DNA from: Octopus vulgaris
Lineage: Eukaryota
Assembly (NCBI GenBank): GCA_951406725.2
Contig: OX597819.1
Span: forward strand, 61,380,001-61,444,000
DNA length: 64,000 nt
Reading direction: 5' to 3'
Below are positions 42,555-56,470 of this stretch, piece after piece (position 1 is the stretch's first letter; each line of letters starts with the position of its first letter). The translations under genes were made by a program, and so were the position numbers. The notes below the pieces were generated by a model. It worked only from the letters and a program-made list of their open reading frames with translations. It had not been told where the DNA came from and did no database searches.

Positions 42555-42813
42555 TTGCAGCGTTGAAAGTGTTTATAAGCCATTTAAGAAACACACAAAA
42601 ACCGTTAGATTCACTTCAACATTTAAATTTAATTTGTCAAAATATTTTCGTCGCTTTGAGACCGCGACCTGTTAGCACGATATTTTTGTCAGTGAACAGG
42701 TCGCGGTCTGAAAGCGACGAAAATATTTTGGCAAATTAAATTTAAATGTTGAAGTGAATGTAACGGTTTTTGTGTGTTTCTTAAATGGCTTACAAACACC
42801 TTCCACGCTGCAA
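42555..42813. repeat. Inverted repeat (~119-bp arms), Penelope-like terminus
   Basis: Arms 42555-42673 and 42695-42813 are near-perfect reverse complements. Confidence 0.85.
42685..42735 (+). ncRNA. Minimal type I hammerhead-like motif with G3:C8 core
   Basis: Stem I TTTGTCA/TGGCAAA, core GTGAACA, stem II GTCGC/GCGAC, GAAA, and palindromic AATATT in place of stem III. Confidence 0.55.
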
Positions 42814-43398
42814 TATATATATATACACATATATATATATATGTATGTATGTGTGTATATGTGTATGCATGTATGTGTGTGTGTGTGCGTGTCTGTGCTT
42901 GTGATTGTCCTCCACCACTGCTTGACAACGAATGTTGGTTTGTTTACATCCCTGTCACCTAGTGGTTTGACAAAGGAAACAGATAGAATAAGTACAATGC
43001 TTACGAAAATAAAACTGGAGTTGATTCATTAAACTACAATTCTTCAAGGCATTGCCCCAGCATGGCCACAGAGCAATGGCTGGAAAAAGCAGAAGAATAA
43101 AAGAATTGAGGGGGACCTCTACATGGTAGCTAGACCTGGTAGAAATAGCAGCAAAATTTCCCCCAAATCACACCTTACTGTCTTATCTATGTATATATGT
43201 ATGAGCCTATGAGGGAGACCCCTACATGGCAGCTAGACATGGTAGAAATAGCAGCCAAATCTCCCTCAAATCACACCTTACTGTCTTATCTTTCTGCTAC
43301 TTGGATATAGGTGTTATATTCGTCTAAAAAAACTTTCCTGTCACACACTCACGCACACGCACACACACACACACACACGCACCGTCACACACACACAC

Positions 43399-43438
<40 letters not shown>

Positions 43439-43874
43439 ACACGCACGTTAGCTTACAATTTTATTTATATATTTGCGTGTGTATGTGTGGAAAGAAGAAG
43501 TGGGAAGCAGAGTGAAAGAATCACTCACTACAGTAAGTGAATTAGTTTCATTTTATTCCTTGCCCACTGTGTGTGTGCGTTTGCGTGTGGTGTAAACCAG
43601 ACTAAGAAAAGCATTTGACACACACACCAGAATGTGAGTTTTCTGTAAATTTTGCTTAATTGGAGTTTAAATTTTAAAAACTGGACCTGGCATGACGCGA
43701 TGCATTGTACTCTTAAAAATGCCAGGTAAATTGTAATTGAAGAAATCCTATATTGTAGATTTGTATAACTCCCAAAGGGAGGCAGATAAAATCTGCCTTT
43801 TATAATAAGAGATATATGTATGTATATATGTATATATATGTATGTATATATGTATATATATGTATGTATATATG

Positions 43875-43907
<33 letters not shown>

Positions 43908-44110
43908 GTATATATATGTATGTATATTTGTATATATATGTATGTATATGTGTATGTATATATGTACATATATGTATGTATATATATGTATGTATATGTA
44001 TGTATATATATGTATATATATATATATGTATATATGTATATATATGTATATATGTATATATATGTATATATGTATATATATGTATATATGTGTATATATG
44101 TATTTATATG

Positions 44111-44162
<52 letters not shown>

Positions 44163-44195
44163 CTATTTACTATTTTCTCTTCTTCTTTCTAACAG

Positions 44196-44811
44196 CGTTG
44201 AGCCTCGCGAAAGTCCAAGACCAAACAACTCTCCAGTATGACATCCTTCAGTCTCCTGATTCTCCAGTTATGGCTGTCGATCTACAAAAAGAAACACTTT
44301 TGCTTTCTGATACTCATAAACGATCTGCCGAGAATAAGTCTCAATCTGAAGCTTCCGGAATTCAACCGGTTACAAAAGTAGCTTGCTCCGAGAAAGAAAA
44401 GCTTTTCTCATCCACCGGATTGATAATTGTCGCCTGTTTAAGTTGCCTCAGCTTCCTCCTACTCTACACGGTGATACTGTTAATGGCGGTGCCAAGGCTA
44501 TGTTTCCCTTATCATCCAGATAGCAAGAAGATGAAACAGAAGAGGGCTAATATGAAAGAGATTAACAAAGCTAAGACAGATGAGTCGTCAAAGAAGCCTC
44601 TCAATTTACCTTCGGGTAAAATAAATAAATCTGGTCGAAACGATAGTGGCATAGAATCGGTGGATGGACTTATGACTGGAAATGAAGGCAGCACTTTCAT
44701 TGATCGTTTGTATTATTTCGACAAAGCTATCAACCGTCCTATTTCTGATGATGAATTAGTGGGGGAAGAAAGAAGACCTCCTAATAGAGTAGGAGTGACC
44801 ACGTTTAATGG
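44196..44811 (+). CDS. Gene 1, coding exon 2 (ectodomain, TM helix, cytoplasmic tail)
   Basis: Polypyrimidine tract plus TAACAG| acceptor; 616 nt open in phase 1; [27 protein letters not shown]; donor GG|GTGAGT. Confidence 0.8.
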
Positions 44812-46035
44812 GTGAGTTCTTTCGACGTCTTGTATTTAATTTAAAATATGTGATGCGCTGGCATGGCAAGCATTTTTGCCGCAGGAAAATTCGCCTCAGG
44901 GTTTTGGGCCATAGGAAAGTTCGCCGCATAGGAAATTGGTATATAATTGTTTCAACCAATAAGAAGGGGTAAAGTAATTTTTTAACTCATTTAAAATTTC
45001 CCCAAACATTTTTACTACAGAAAAATATATTGTCGAATGAATAAAGAAATTTTTTATGAGTTAAGAAATTGCTTCTTATTGGTTGAGACAATTATATACG
45101 AAGGGGAGCAATTCCTCTTTTGTCTCGCAGCTAAGTTTCCGAGAATCGACTGCACGGGCGGAGGTGCATGACTTATGGGTTAGGGTGCTGGACTCATGAT
45201 CATAAAATTGTGGTTTTTTCGTTTCTTGTACCGGACGATGCATTGTGTTCTTGAGTAAGATACTTATTTTCTGCCGCTCCAGTCCACTCAGCTGGTAAAA
45301 ATGAGTAACTCTGCGAGGGACTGGCGCCCCGTCCAGGGAGGAATATATACGTCAGAGAAGCACATTACTCTTTAAGTAGTAATGTATACTAACCAGGCAT
45401 GGCTGTGTAGTTAAGAAGCTCGTTTTGCAACCGCGTGGTTTCAGGTTCAGTTCCACTACGCGGCACCTTGGAATAAGTGCCTACTACTATGAGCTCCGGA
45501 CCGACCAATGCTTTGAGAGTGAATTTGGTAGACGAAGATTGTGTGGAAGCCCATCGTATATATTTATATATGTGCATGTGAGATCTTTACCTTTTGACCT
45601 ACAGATTAAAAAAATATTTTTTGTAACTAAACACTTTCAAACTTCGGACACTGGTAGAATGCGTCATATAAAACATCTTTTACTCTTAGCATTTTTGAGA
45701 ATAACTTATATTTACGAAGTTATTTCACGTAAAATACAAAAGGCGAAAGAAAAGCACAGAGGAAATTACAAATATCACAGACGTTTGGAAAGAGAGTTCC
45801 AATAATATATTCTTCTCTTCGTTCCTTTATTCCCTTTTTGTACGAATTATTTCTAATGGAAACATTTTCCTTTCTATTTGGAATAATAAGCTTTCATGAT
45901 GCAGTGATAAGCTTACACGGAAAAGAATTGTAGCTACTTTGGTCTCTCAATTACAATAGCTTTTTCCGAAGCTTACGACTTCGGAAAAACTCGTAAACGT
46001 TATGACAGCCAATTACTTCCCTTCTATCATTCTAA

Positions 46036-46390
46036 ATCCCATCCATCCATCTTCTCCGCGCACTATTCTTGGGAAGGTTGCGAGGGCGGAGTCCTCAGCA
46101 TCTCTTCCATAGAGTCCGATAAGTAAGCGTCATTACACACTCCGGCAGGACTTCCAAGAAATTGCCAACTTATACTATGGATATTATCCAACCATCTCGT
46201 TCTTGTTCTACCCCTAGACCACCTGTCGGTTGACTCCGTTTGCTGAGTCCACCTTGTGATTCCGGTCAGCGTCATTCTAATCCCATATCCGTAGAATCGG
46301 AGCTGTGACCTCTCAATGCAGAGAAGTAGGGACTCGGCTTGAAGAAGCTCCCTGATCTCCAAGCCACATACCCTCTCGAATAACATTTCT
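46036..46390 (-). mobile_element. RTE-clade (Expander/Rex3-like) LINE 3' fragment
   Basis: LLLCIERSQLRFYG...RGRTRTRWLDNI, followed by a (GATG)n tail. Confidence 0.75.
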
Positions 46391-47546
46391 CCATTAATCC
46401 CACTAAAGGAAAAAATGTTCCTTCTTGAGCCATGCCAGGCTCATAAGGGCCGGTTTCCCGGTTTCAGTGGCGTAGAAATTCCCCACCTGGACGGGATGCC
46501 AGTCCGTCGCAGGATTACTCATTTTTGCCAGCTGAGTGGACTGGAGCAAGGTGAAATGAAATGTTTTGCTCAAGAACACAATGCATCGCCCGGTCCAGGA
46601 ATCGAAACCACAACCTTACGATCATGAGTTCAACACCTTAACCACTAAGCCACGCGCCTCCATCCACTAAATTAAGAAGTCACTTTATTTCTAGATCTGG
46701 GGACAAATTTCGTAGCTAAGTTCACGGTAAACCTATTCCCCGTCCATTCCTGCTTGAATCTGTTTCGATTCACTTACAGCGATTAATTCTATAGAAATAG
46801 CACACACGACACATACATGACACGTTTTTTTTCTTTTTCTCTTTTTTTTTTTTTTTGGTGACCAATATATGCTTCAGATCAACGTTGCTTTTCTTGAGTT
46901 TCGAACCTGAATGTCCAAGTTGTAAAACTAAAATAGTTAACGAATAACGAATATTTGACTGTTTATACCAAAAATGGTTGACGTTGGTAAACAACTATAC
47001 TACAAGTGGATATATTGAGGCAAGCATCTCGGACGTTAGCTTGTGGAAGACATATACTAATTTGAAATGAAAGGTTAATTTTTGTGCCTAAAATTGCCGC
47101 CAGAAAAGTTGAGAGTTTATTGAGGAAATCATATAAAAAGGTGAAATCTCAACTCATTATGGAGATATATGGCTTAATGTAGCTGGAAGTTATGAGTGCT
47201 TTTAGCTTCCTGTTTGACAGGGCAGTTTTCATCCCATTGGCTTAGCTTGTGCGTGTATACTGCTGGGACAGCCCTTGAATTTATCGTTCCCACTCCTAGA
47301 TCTAATACATCCGGTACAGGCTTATACAGCATAAAAGCACCATCCAGGGCGGTCCACCCCATCAACAGCTGTGCTACTGTTTTATCTCTCAATTTCTTCA
47401 CCCAAATATTATTCCTGTCACCTCTCTTTCTCTTTCTCTTTCTCTCTTTGACAAATACCTTCTTAATTCATACAAATTCATGTATTTATAAATCGTAAAT
47501 GCTGTTAAGTGAAATAAAACGTGGTCAAAGATAAATTTTCTTTTGC

Positions 47547-47760
47547 TCTGGTAGAATCATTAGCACGACGAGCAAAATACTAAGCGGCATTTCGTCCATC
47601 TTCACGTTCTGGGTTCAAATTCCGTCGAGGTCGACTTTGCCTTTCATCCTTTTGGTATCGATAAAATAAGCACCAGTGGAGCGCTGGAGTCGATGTAATC
47701 GACTAGCCCCTCTCCCCACACCAAATGTCAGGCCTTGTATCTATAGTAGAAAGTAGAAAG
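47547..47760 (+). mobile_element. SINE family B
   Basis: Family core present. Confidence 0.75.
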
Positions 47761-48113
47761 AATATTTATTCTCCTGCAACAATCTTTCATCTAATAGCAA
47801 ATATTTTGGGAGGAAATTTTCGTCACAGTGGATAACTTATTTGATTTGATTTTCTACTTGGAACTGTTTCATTTTAATTTTACCTAACGTCGCTAATACA
47901 TTTGAAAAAGTTATGACAATCACACTTCAAATTTTCTGTAGCTCCTAAATGTATATCGTGTATTATGTCACTATAAAGATATTTGTGAATGGGGCCGTGC
48001 TGGTGTAACCGGTCAAACGGAGGAAAAGGAGGAGGAAAAAAGGGTCTAAATAGGAGGGTTGAAAATAAACCCGGAAAAATATATTTCAGTATTTTTTATT
48101 CATATATATATTC

Positions 48114-48255
48114 AGGCGCAGGAGTGACTGTGTTGTAAGTAGCTTGATTACCAACAACATGCGTGGCACCTTCGGCGAGTGTTTTCTACTATAGCCTCGG
48201 GCCGACTAAAGCCTTGTGAGTGGATTTGGTAGACGGAAACTGAAAGAAGCCCGTC

Positions 48256-48298
<43 letters not shown>

Positions 48299-48490
48299 TG
48301 TGCGTCTGTGTCTGTCTCCCCAACATCGCTTGACAACCGATGCTGGTGTGTTTACGTCACTTAGCAGTTCGGCAAGAGAGACGGATAGAATAAGTACTAT
48401 TGCAAACAATAAGTCCTGGGATCGATTTGCTCGACTAACGGCGGTGCTCCAGCATGGCTGCAGTCAAATGACTGAAACAAATAAAAGAAT
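48114..48490 (+). mobile_element. SINE family A
   Basis: Family head, internal (TA)n and tail. Confidence 0.85.
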
Positions 48491-48700
48491 ATTTTAACTT
48501 CATTAAAATTTTAAAACTCATACTGTTTTTCATCACAGTTTTCATGTTTGTAACCCCAACACCACTACCCCTTCCTCTGTAAGACAGTCCGTTGTTTGTC
48601 CCCGGGCCCTCCATTTGTATCTTCTATGTATGCCTTTTAAAGGCAATAAAGAAATTCACTATAACGATATTTGATATGACTTTTTATTTCTATTTGTCAG

Positions 48701-48773
48701 CAAACGTCCGCGATCGCAGTCAGTTGCCATAATGCCATCACGTTATCAGTCAGGAATATACATTGAACTGTGA
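48701..48773 (+). CDS. Gene 1, terminal coding exon
   Basis: Acceptor TTTTTATTTCTATTTGTCAG|. A phase-2 join gives GKRPRSQSVAIMPSRYQSGIYIEL*. Confidence 0.6.
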
Positions 48774-49089
48774 ACTATAGAAACAAACGACCAATCAAAC
48801 GAGTTTCTTGATGAAACCTTCTCTCGTTAAAACAATATCATCGTTTATCACAATGAGGCGAAGATGTGTACCCTACATTCAAAGCTTGTAATTACCAGTG
48901 AACTGCACACACACATGCACACACACACACAAAGAAGTTTGGTAATATAACCAGGAAAATAGAGCTCAAAACATGAGTTAATACTTTCAATTAATCGACA
49001 GAAGTCACGAAGTGACTCAAAATCCGAGAGTTTCGTCCATTGATACTTACGAAATTCCGATAATATATATGTGTGTGTGTGTGTGTGCG

Positions 49090-49130
<41 letters not shown>

Positions 49131-50016
49131 GCGTGTGTGTGTATGTGTACAGAGAAAGATATGCATATAGGTATGAGTGTACATATGTATATGTGTGAGC
49201 ACGCGCGCGTGTGTGTGTAGATAAATCCAGAATCTTGGATGTTTCGTTAATAAAATTTTCAAACAGTTTCCACTGGTGATTTGCTTCTTCCTTCTCCCAT
49301 CGTTTCAGATCTCATCGGTCACAGTACAAATACAAATTTTTCTGAGTTTTTTTTCTTCTTTTATTTGCAGATATTAGCTCTGATGAGCACACAGTTTTGC
49401 TCGCTAAAATTATAAACAAACCCAGCGACTTGCTCAGACTCAAAGCTTCGCGATGACACCTCGAAACACTCGTGTCCTGGAATCCCTTGCACCAATAAGC
49501 CGCGAGTGTTATACAAACGTTGTCATCATACAAAGGAGAAGTTGTTTCCCTCTGACATACACAACAGCGATTAGCATATTAGCGTTCGAATCTGCCGAAG
49601 GTATTATGATATACAAATGGCGCGCGCGCGCGAACACACACATACACACACATATAAGTGGCTTAGGGTATTCGGGTCACGATCGTTAAGTCGTAAATTT
49701 GATTCTTGGCGAAGTGCTGAGTCCTTGAGCAAGACACTTTATTTCACGTTGCTTCCGTGCACTCAGCTGGCAAAAATTAACTGTACCTGTACAGGTTTTC
49801 AGGTTTTCACATTTACAAGTACACGGGGTAAGTGGATCTGTAAAAATATGCAAGAATTTTCTAAGGTTTAATATATGAAACATTTTGCATTTATTAAAAT
49901 TTCAGTGACGAAGTTTTGTTTCTTTCTAAGAAACCAGCTTCTTCCTTCTACGAAGAATTTTAATCCACACCCAAAGAAAAGGACATTTAAACAAATGATA
50001 AAACCATTTAATGAAT

Positions 50017-50055
<39 letters not shown>

Positions 50056-50896
50056 TAGATAGATAGATAGATAGATAATATAGCAGCAGTATAAAGTAGG
50101 GTACTTTACACTGTTGTGATTGATTCCATATGAGGTTTAATACATTTCATATGTCGAAAAAATTACAGAACATTAATCTACCGTGATAATGGAGCAAAGC
50201 TGAATACAGATTAATAATAGGCCACTAGAATATCTTCTTGTTTATTTCCGTATTTATGTTCCCCACATTACTGAAATTGCGCATTACACGTCTCCCGTCA
50301 TTTTCATGATTTTCTTTCCTCCTCCTTCTCTTTTCTTTCCTCTTTTTCTCCCTCTTCCTTTCTTCCGACCAATTGTTTTCTCGTCCTTGAATCTAAACCA
50401 AACAAAATCTGTAATGCGCCATAGGAAATAAATAATAATTTTGCAAGAAAATATTCTAAAATTTGTTCCAAAACAGACAATAGTAGAGTCTTTCTTTCAA
50501 TATGTCGGCCAACTTACATTATTTTTCTCCACTATCGACCAAAAATATTTGTGACTCTTTTTCCTACTTGTAAAAGTTTAAAATGTCCAGTGGTCAGGCA
50601 GGTTTGAGATAATTATGCTTTGTTGGTGAGGACTTATGAGGTCGAAGCATCTTAGATGCCACAGTTTCTGCCAACAATGACCAGAGGGTTTCCCAAAGCA
50701 TGCGCATGATTTATGTTGAAATTGGCTCCTAATTTATTGAAATTATCCATAGGCTCGGGAACAGGGGTTGCAGGGGTTGGAAGTGCACCCCTAAAGTTTT
50801 TTGGTGGGGGCAATGGAAACGCTTTGATCGTCCTCCTGAATAAACTTCATCCCCAAAGCGAATGCATCGTTCCTGAGCCTCTCGGAAACCCCGTAC

Positions 50897-51492
50897 AAGT
50901 CATGTAACATATTGGGTTGTTCCTGCCTCTCTTGTGAAACACCGGACATGTCATGTAACATCATGGGTCGTTCCTGCCCTTTGGCGAATCCCCAGATATG
51001 TCATGTAAAGTTATGGATTGGCCCTGCCCCTCGGGTGAATCCCCCAATATGTCATGAAATGTTATGATTTCGGGCCTGCCCTTCTGACAAATCCCCAACA
51101 TGTCATCTAAAGTTAGGAATTGGTCCTGTTCCTCTAGCGAATCCCCCATGTCATGTAACATTATGGGCCCTGCCCCTTTGGCGAAATAAGCAAAATGTCA
51201 TGTAAAGTTATGAGTTGGTCCTGCCACTCTGGCGAATCCCCCGACATGTCATGTAACGTTATGGGTTGCGCATGCCCCTCTGGCGAATCCCCTGATATGT
51301 CATGTAATGTTATAGGATGCACCTGCTCCCTTGGCGAAATCTCTGACATGTCATGTAACGTTGGCATGTTATGTAACATTACGGATTGGCCCTGCCCCTG
51401 TGGCGAATCGCCCGACATGTCCTGTAACGTTATAGATAGGGTCTGCCCCTCTGGCGAATCCCCAACATGTCATGTAACGTGATTGTTTGGCC
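50897..51492. repeat. 51-bp minisatellite, about 11 diverged units
   Basis: Unit ~TGTCATGTAACGTTATGGATTGGCCCTGCCCCTCTGGCGAATCCCCCGACA. Confidence 0.9.
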
Positions 51493-51493
51493 C

Positions 51494-51910
51494 AGGAGTG
51501 GCTGTGTGGTAAGTAGCTTGCTAACCAGCCACATGGTTCCGGGTTCAGTCCCACTGCGCGGCATCTTGGGCAAGTGTCTTCTGCTATAGCCCCGGGCCAA
51601 CCAATGCCTTGTGAGTGGATTTGGTAGACGGAAACTGAAAGAAGCACGTCGTATATATGTATATATATGTATGTATGTGTGTGTATATGTTTGTGTGTCT
51701 GTGTTTGTCCCTCTAGCATTGCTTGACAACCGATGCTGGTGTGTTTACCTCCCCCGTCACTTAGCGGTTCGGCAAAAGAGACCGAAAGAATAAGTACTGG
51801 GCTTACAAAAGAATAAGTCCCGGGGTCAAGTTGCTCGATTAAAAGGCGGTGCTCCAGCATGGCCGCAGTCAAATGACTGAAATAAGTAAAAGAGTAAAAG
51901 AGTAAAAGAG
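51494..51910 (+). mobile_element. SINE family A with (GTAAAAGA)n tail
   Basis: Complete copy. Confidence 0.88.
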
Positions 51911-52111
51911 CATATATATATACATATATACATATAGACGACGAGTTTCTTTCAGTTTCCGTCTACCAAATCCACTTACAAGGCTTTGGTCGACCCGAGG
52001 CTATAGTAGAAGATACTTGCCCAAGGTGTCATACAGTGGGACTGAACCCAGAATCGTATGGTTGGGAAGTAAGCTTCTTACTACACAGCCACTCCTGCAC
52101 CAACATGTATG

Positions 52112-52187
<76 letters not shown>

Positions 52188-53350
52188 TAGTTGAGTATAG
52201 AAATTCGGGGTGAGTACTTGATAATTATAAGCACCTGTGTATACCGTTTGGTGGTGTAGGTGGTGGAGTAAATTGATCAAAATAAAATAAAAACATGATG
52301 CGAAGGATTCAGCGGTACATATGTTTCGGGCCTTTATTAGACAGATTTATAACAATGCATAATGTATGTCTGTGGCCTTCTTCAGCCGCGCACAACAGCT
52401 TCCGCAAGGACATGTGTTACATCAAAAATTCTTGGTTGGGGATGCAAATCCTCTCATTCACGTACGACATAATGCGGCAGCAGCATAGAATTGAAGCGTC
52501 CATCTCTTTCTTCTCTCAATGTAGAATGAGGAAAAATGGATGTTGAGGTAATGTAAATAAATAAATACATATATAGAGGTGAAGATGGAGGGGCGAGAGT
52601 TCGGGACGAGGGATAAAAAATGTGTAAAAAAAGTGTAAGTATAGAATAATATAAAAATGTAGAGGATAAAGATATAAAGAGTTGTAAAGAAATATAAAGA
52701 AATGTAAATAAATGTAAAGGCATAAGGTTATAAAGTAAAAATAGAAATAGAAATAAAAGTAAAAAAATCTGATAAAACCATGATAAAAGTGTAAAAGAAT
52801 GTAAAGATATATATATATATATACGTAGGCTTATACATATATATATATATACGTAGGCTTATAGATATATATATATATACGTAGGCTTATACATACACAC
52901 ACACACACACACATACACCTGTGTGTATATGTAATGAATGATAGTGTTCTTTTTGCGACGTTAATAAACTCTACATATTTTCGCCCTAACAACATCATCG
53001 TCGTCGTCGTCGTAAGGTCCCTTTCACTCTTTGCCTTTCGTTCCTCTTCCTTTTTGTCCTTTCATTCACTCTCTAACCCACCCACACCCCCTGCTACACC
53101 GCCTTTCTTTCACTAATTTTATCTACACATGGTTGTTGTTAAAACTAGTTGTCGTGGGTTACAAAAAAGTAAAAATAAAATAAACGAAACAAAAAACCAG
53201 AAAAAAAAAACAAAGAACAAGAATGGCATTTTTTTCTTATAAAAGCTTAAACTCTGCTGGAATGACTCAGAAGGAAGTGAGTTGGTTCCAGCCGATATTG
53301 TTACTTGAAGAGAATCAAAACTTGACCGGTGCAACACTTCAGAACCAATC

Positions 53351-53411
53351 ATGTTTTATAACACTATACAGTTAGTGTTACTGCTTTTGGTTGTCTGTGC
53401 TAAATTTGAAG
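53351..53411 (+). CDS. Gene 2, coding exon 1 (signal peptide)
   Basis: MFYNTIQLVLLLLVVCAKFE plus one G, followed by consensus donor AAG|GTAAGT. Phase 1. Confidence 0.75.
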
Positions 53412-53682
53412 GTAAGTAAAACAATTTTATTGCAATGAACGATGATGATGCTGCTATGTTTGTGGTGATTGTTGATTTTTATTTTCACAAAAACAATATT
53501 CTATCAAAAGTAGAAACATTAACATTTCTAAATCTCTCAAAGAGAGATATTCAGTAACAGTTCTTTAATGCCATAAGCTATTTGCCAACATAATATGGCT
53601 GTCCTTGAAGGGACGCTTGTTCCTGTTGTTTAGCCCCGGGAAACATCGTTTCCAGCTGGCTTTACGACACAATATCTATGTC

Positions 53683-53825
<143 letters not shown>

Positions 53826-54074
53826 GGTCAATATAAAGACCGTCACCCGGGTACATAAAATGTGGAAAAAGGAATATGAAAAAAAAAAAAAATGCGCGCT
53901 GACGACCTTGGGGTTGAGTGGCGAGGGGACTTTCGGAAAATTCATAAGATCCGATTTTTCCGTCATAATTTCCGGCAAAATCGATATATAGTTTTTTTTT
54001 GTTTTTTTTTTATACGGAATCCCACATTTTTTGGTTATAGAGGATCAGTTTCCGGAATTTTTCAAAAAATCGCA

Positions 54075-54433
54075 TTTTCAAAATTTAAATTTTGCCCACT
54101 TCTAAATTTTGTAAAACATCTTCTGCAAGTTCTTTCATTCAAGCATTCTTTCCCATAAACTGAGTGTATGTTTCGAGTCGCTTTGGCTGCAGTGTTTCCT
54201 TTTTCGTACTCATAAAGCATTATGTGCCTGAAATGCTCTGTGGATACTTCCATGTTAGAAAGGGTTTTAATCGAATAAGTCTTAATTCTATTATACTGTA
54301 AAATAATACTTAATTAGTTTAAATGTACAGAAATGCATAAAAATAATTTTTAATTCCATTAGACATTCTAAAATACTATTAAATTTCATTCAATCTCAAA
54401 AAAGGGAAAATCTCACAGAACGTATGGGATGAC

Positions 54434-54437
<4 letters not shown>
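54075..54437 (-). mobile_element. Mariner 5' fragment (same family as 60941-62227)
   Basis: TIR TCAGGTCATCCC and MEVSTEHFRHIMLYEYEKGNTAAKATRNIHSVYG. Confidence 0.85.
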
Positions 54438-54496
<59 letters not shown>

Positions 54497-54606
54497 AAAT
54501 GTAAAAAAATACAAACTGGGACAAGAACGTGAAACATTTAGAAGACGATACAAAAAACACAGACGGGACATTCGAAGCCTTCAATCTTCAGTCAAGAACC
54601 GGATCA

Positions 54607-54694
<88 letters not shown>

Positions 54695-54739
54695 GTATAT
54701 ATATGTATATATATGTATATATATATATATGTATATATG

Positions 54740-54843
<104 letters not shown>

Positions 54844-54880
54844 GTATATATATACATATATATATATATATGTATATATA

Positions 54881-55141
54881 TCATCATCATCATCATCATC
54901 ATCGTTTAACGTCCGTTCTCCATGCTAGCATGGGTTGGACGGTTCGACCGGGGATCTGGGAAGCCAGAAGGCTGCACCAGGCTCCAGTCTTATCTGGCAA
55001 TGTTAATACAGCTGGATGCCCTTCCTAACGCCAACCACTCCGTGAGTGTAGTGGGTGCTTTTTACGTGCCACCTGCACAGGTGCCAGGCGAGGCTGGCAA
55101 CGGCCACGGTCGGATTGGTGTATTTTACGTGCCACCGGCAC
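54881..55141 (-). mobile_element. Retroposon with (GAT)n tail (family E; other copy 58215-58602 on the + strand)
   Basis: GGTTGGCGTTAGGAAGGGCATCC...CCAACCCATGCTAGCATGGA...GGACGTTAAACGATGATGAT. Confidence 0.7.
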
Positions 55142-55236
55142 ATATATATATGTGTATATGTATATATATATGTATAGGTATATATATATGTATAGGTATA
55201 TATATATGTATATGTATATATATATATATGTATATA

Positions 55237-55359
<123 letters not shown>

Positions 55360-55414
55360 GTATATATATGTATATATATATGTATATATATATATGTGTA
55401 TATATATATATGTG

Positions 55415-55463
<49 letters not shown>

Positions 55464-55467
55464 GTAT

Positions 55468-56231
55468 ACTTTGATACTTTGATAGGTTTCGGCCATTATT
55501 GGCCCAGGCCATGTCTAACTTAATAGCACCACCTGGTGAAGTCTTTCAAGTCAGAATTTGGGCACTATGGCCCACTCAAGTAGAGAGTTATTGTTTACAG
55601 AGACATATCCGGGTGTAGGGGGTTTATCCGGGATTTCTTGAAGGAATCTGTCCAAAGACTTCTTGAACCCTATAGGGTCAGTTTCTGTTTTAATGTGTTT
55701 TGGTGTAATGTTAAAGAGAGCGGGGCCAATTGAGGTGAAATAATTGTGCCGTATTGTTGTTATGAGATGAGAGTGCGATTTTTGTTTTGGGCGGATGGCA
55801 CGGGGCCCAAGCCTTGGATGTACCTTAAAGGTGATGCCAACATCATTTGGGCAATGCTGATGGAATATTTTCCACATCATGCAGATGATGTAGCGCTCAC
55901 GACGACGTTGGAGAGAATAGAGTTTTAGCTTTTCTAGCCGACCCCAATAGTCGAGGCCTGTCATGCCATCTATCTTTTTTGTGATTGCCCTTTGAGGTGC
56001 TTCAACTTTTATGATACCTTGTATTGTGTGGGGAGACCACAGTGGACAACAGTATTCAAGGTGGGGTCGGGCAAAAGTGGAGAAGAGAAGGATAATGGTG
56101 TGGATATCTCTCGACTGGAAAGTTCTGAGAATCCAGGAACACATTCTGCGGGCCATGTCAACTTTGGTGTTTATATGAGTGGCCCAGCTTACGTTGTTGT
56201 CCACAATTACTCCCAAGTCTCTGATGTTGTT
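55468..56231 (-). mobile_element. 5'-truncated LINE family 3 copy inside (TA)n
   Basis: Almost identical to 16638-17401. I noticed only two synonymous differences. Confidence 0.93.
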
Positions 56232-56236
56232 ATATG

Positions 56237-56405
<169 letters not shown>

Positions 56406-56470
56406 GTATATATATATATGTATATATATGTATATATATATGTATATGTATATATGTATATGTATATATA

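Noticed and set aside
43820-44195. N-terminal part of the 331-aa ORF
   Set aside because: Microsatellite and intron sequence upstream of the acceptor at 44195.
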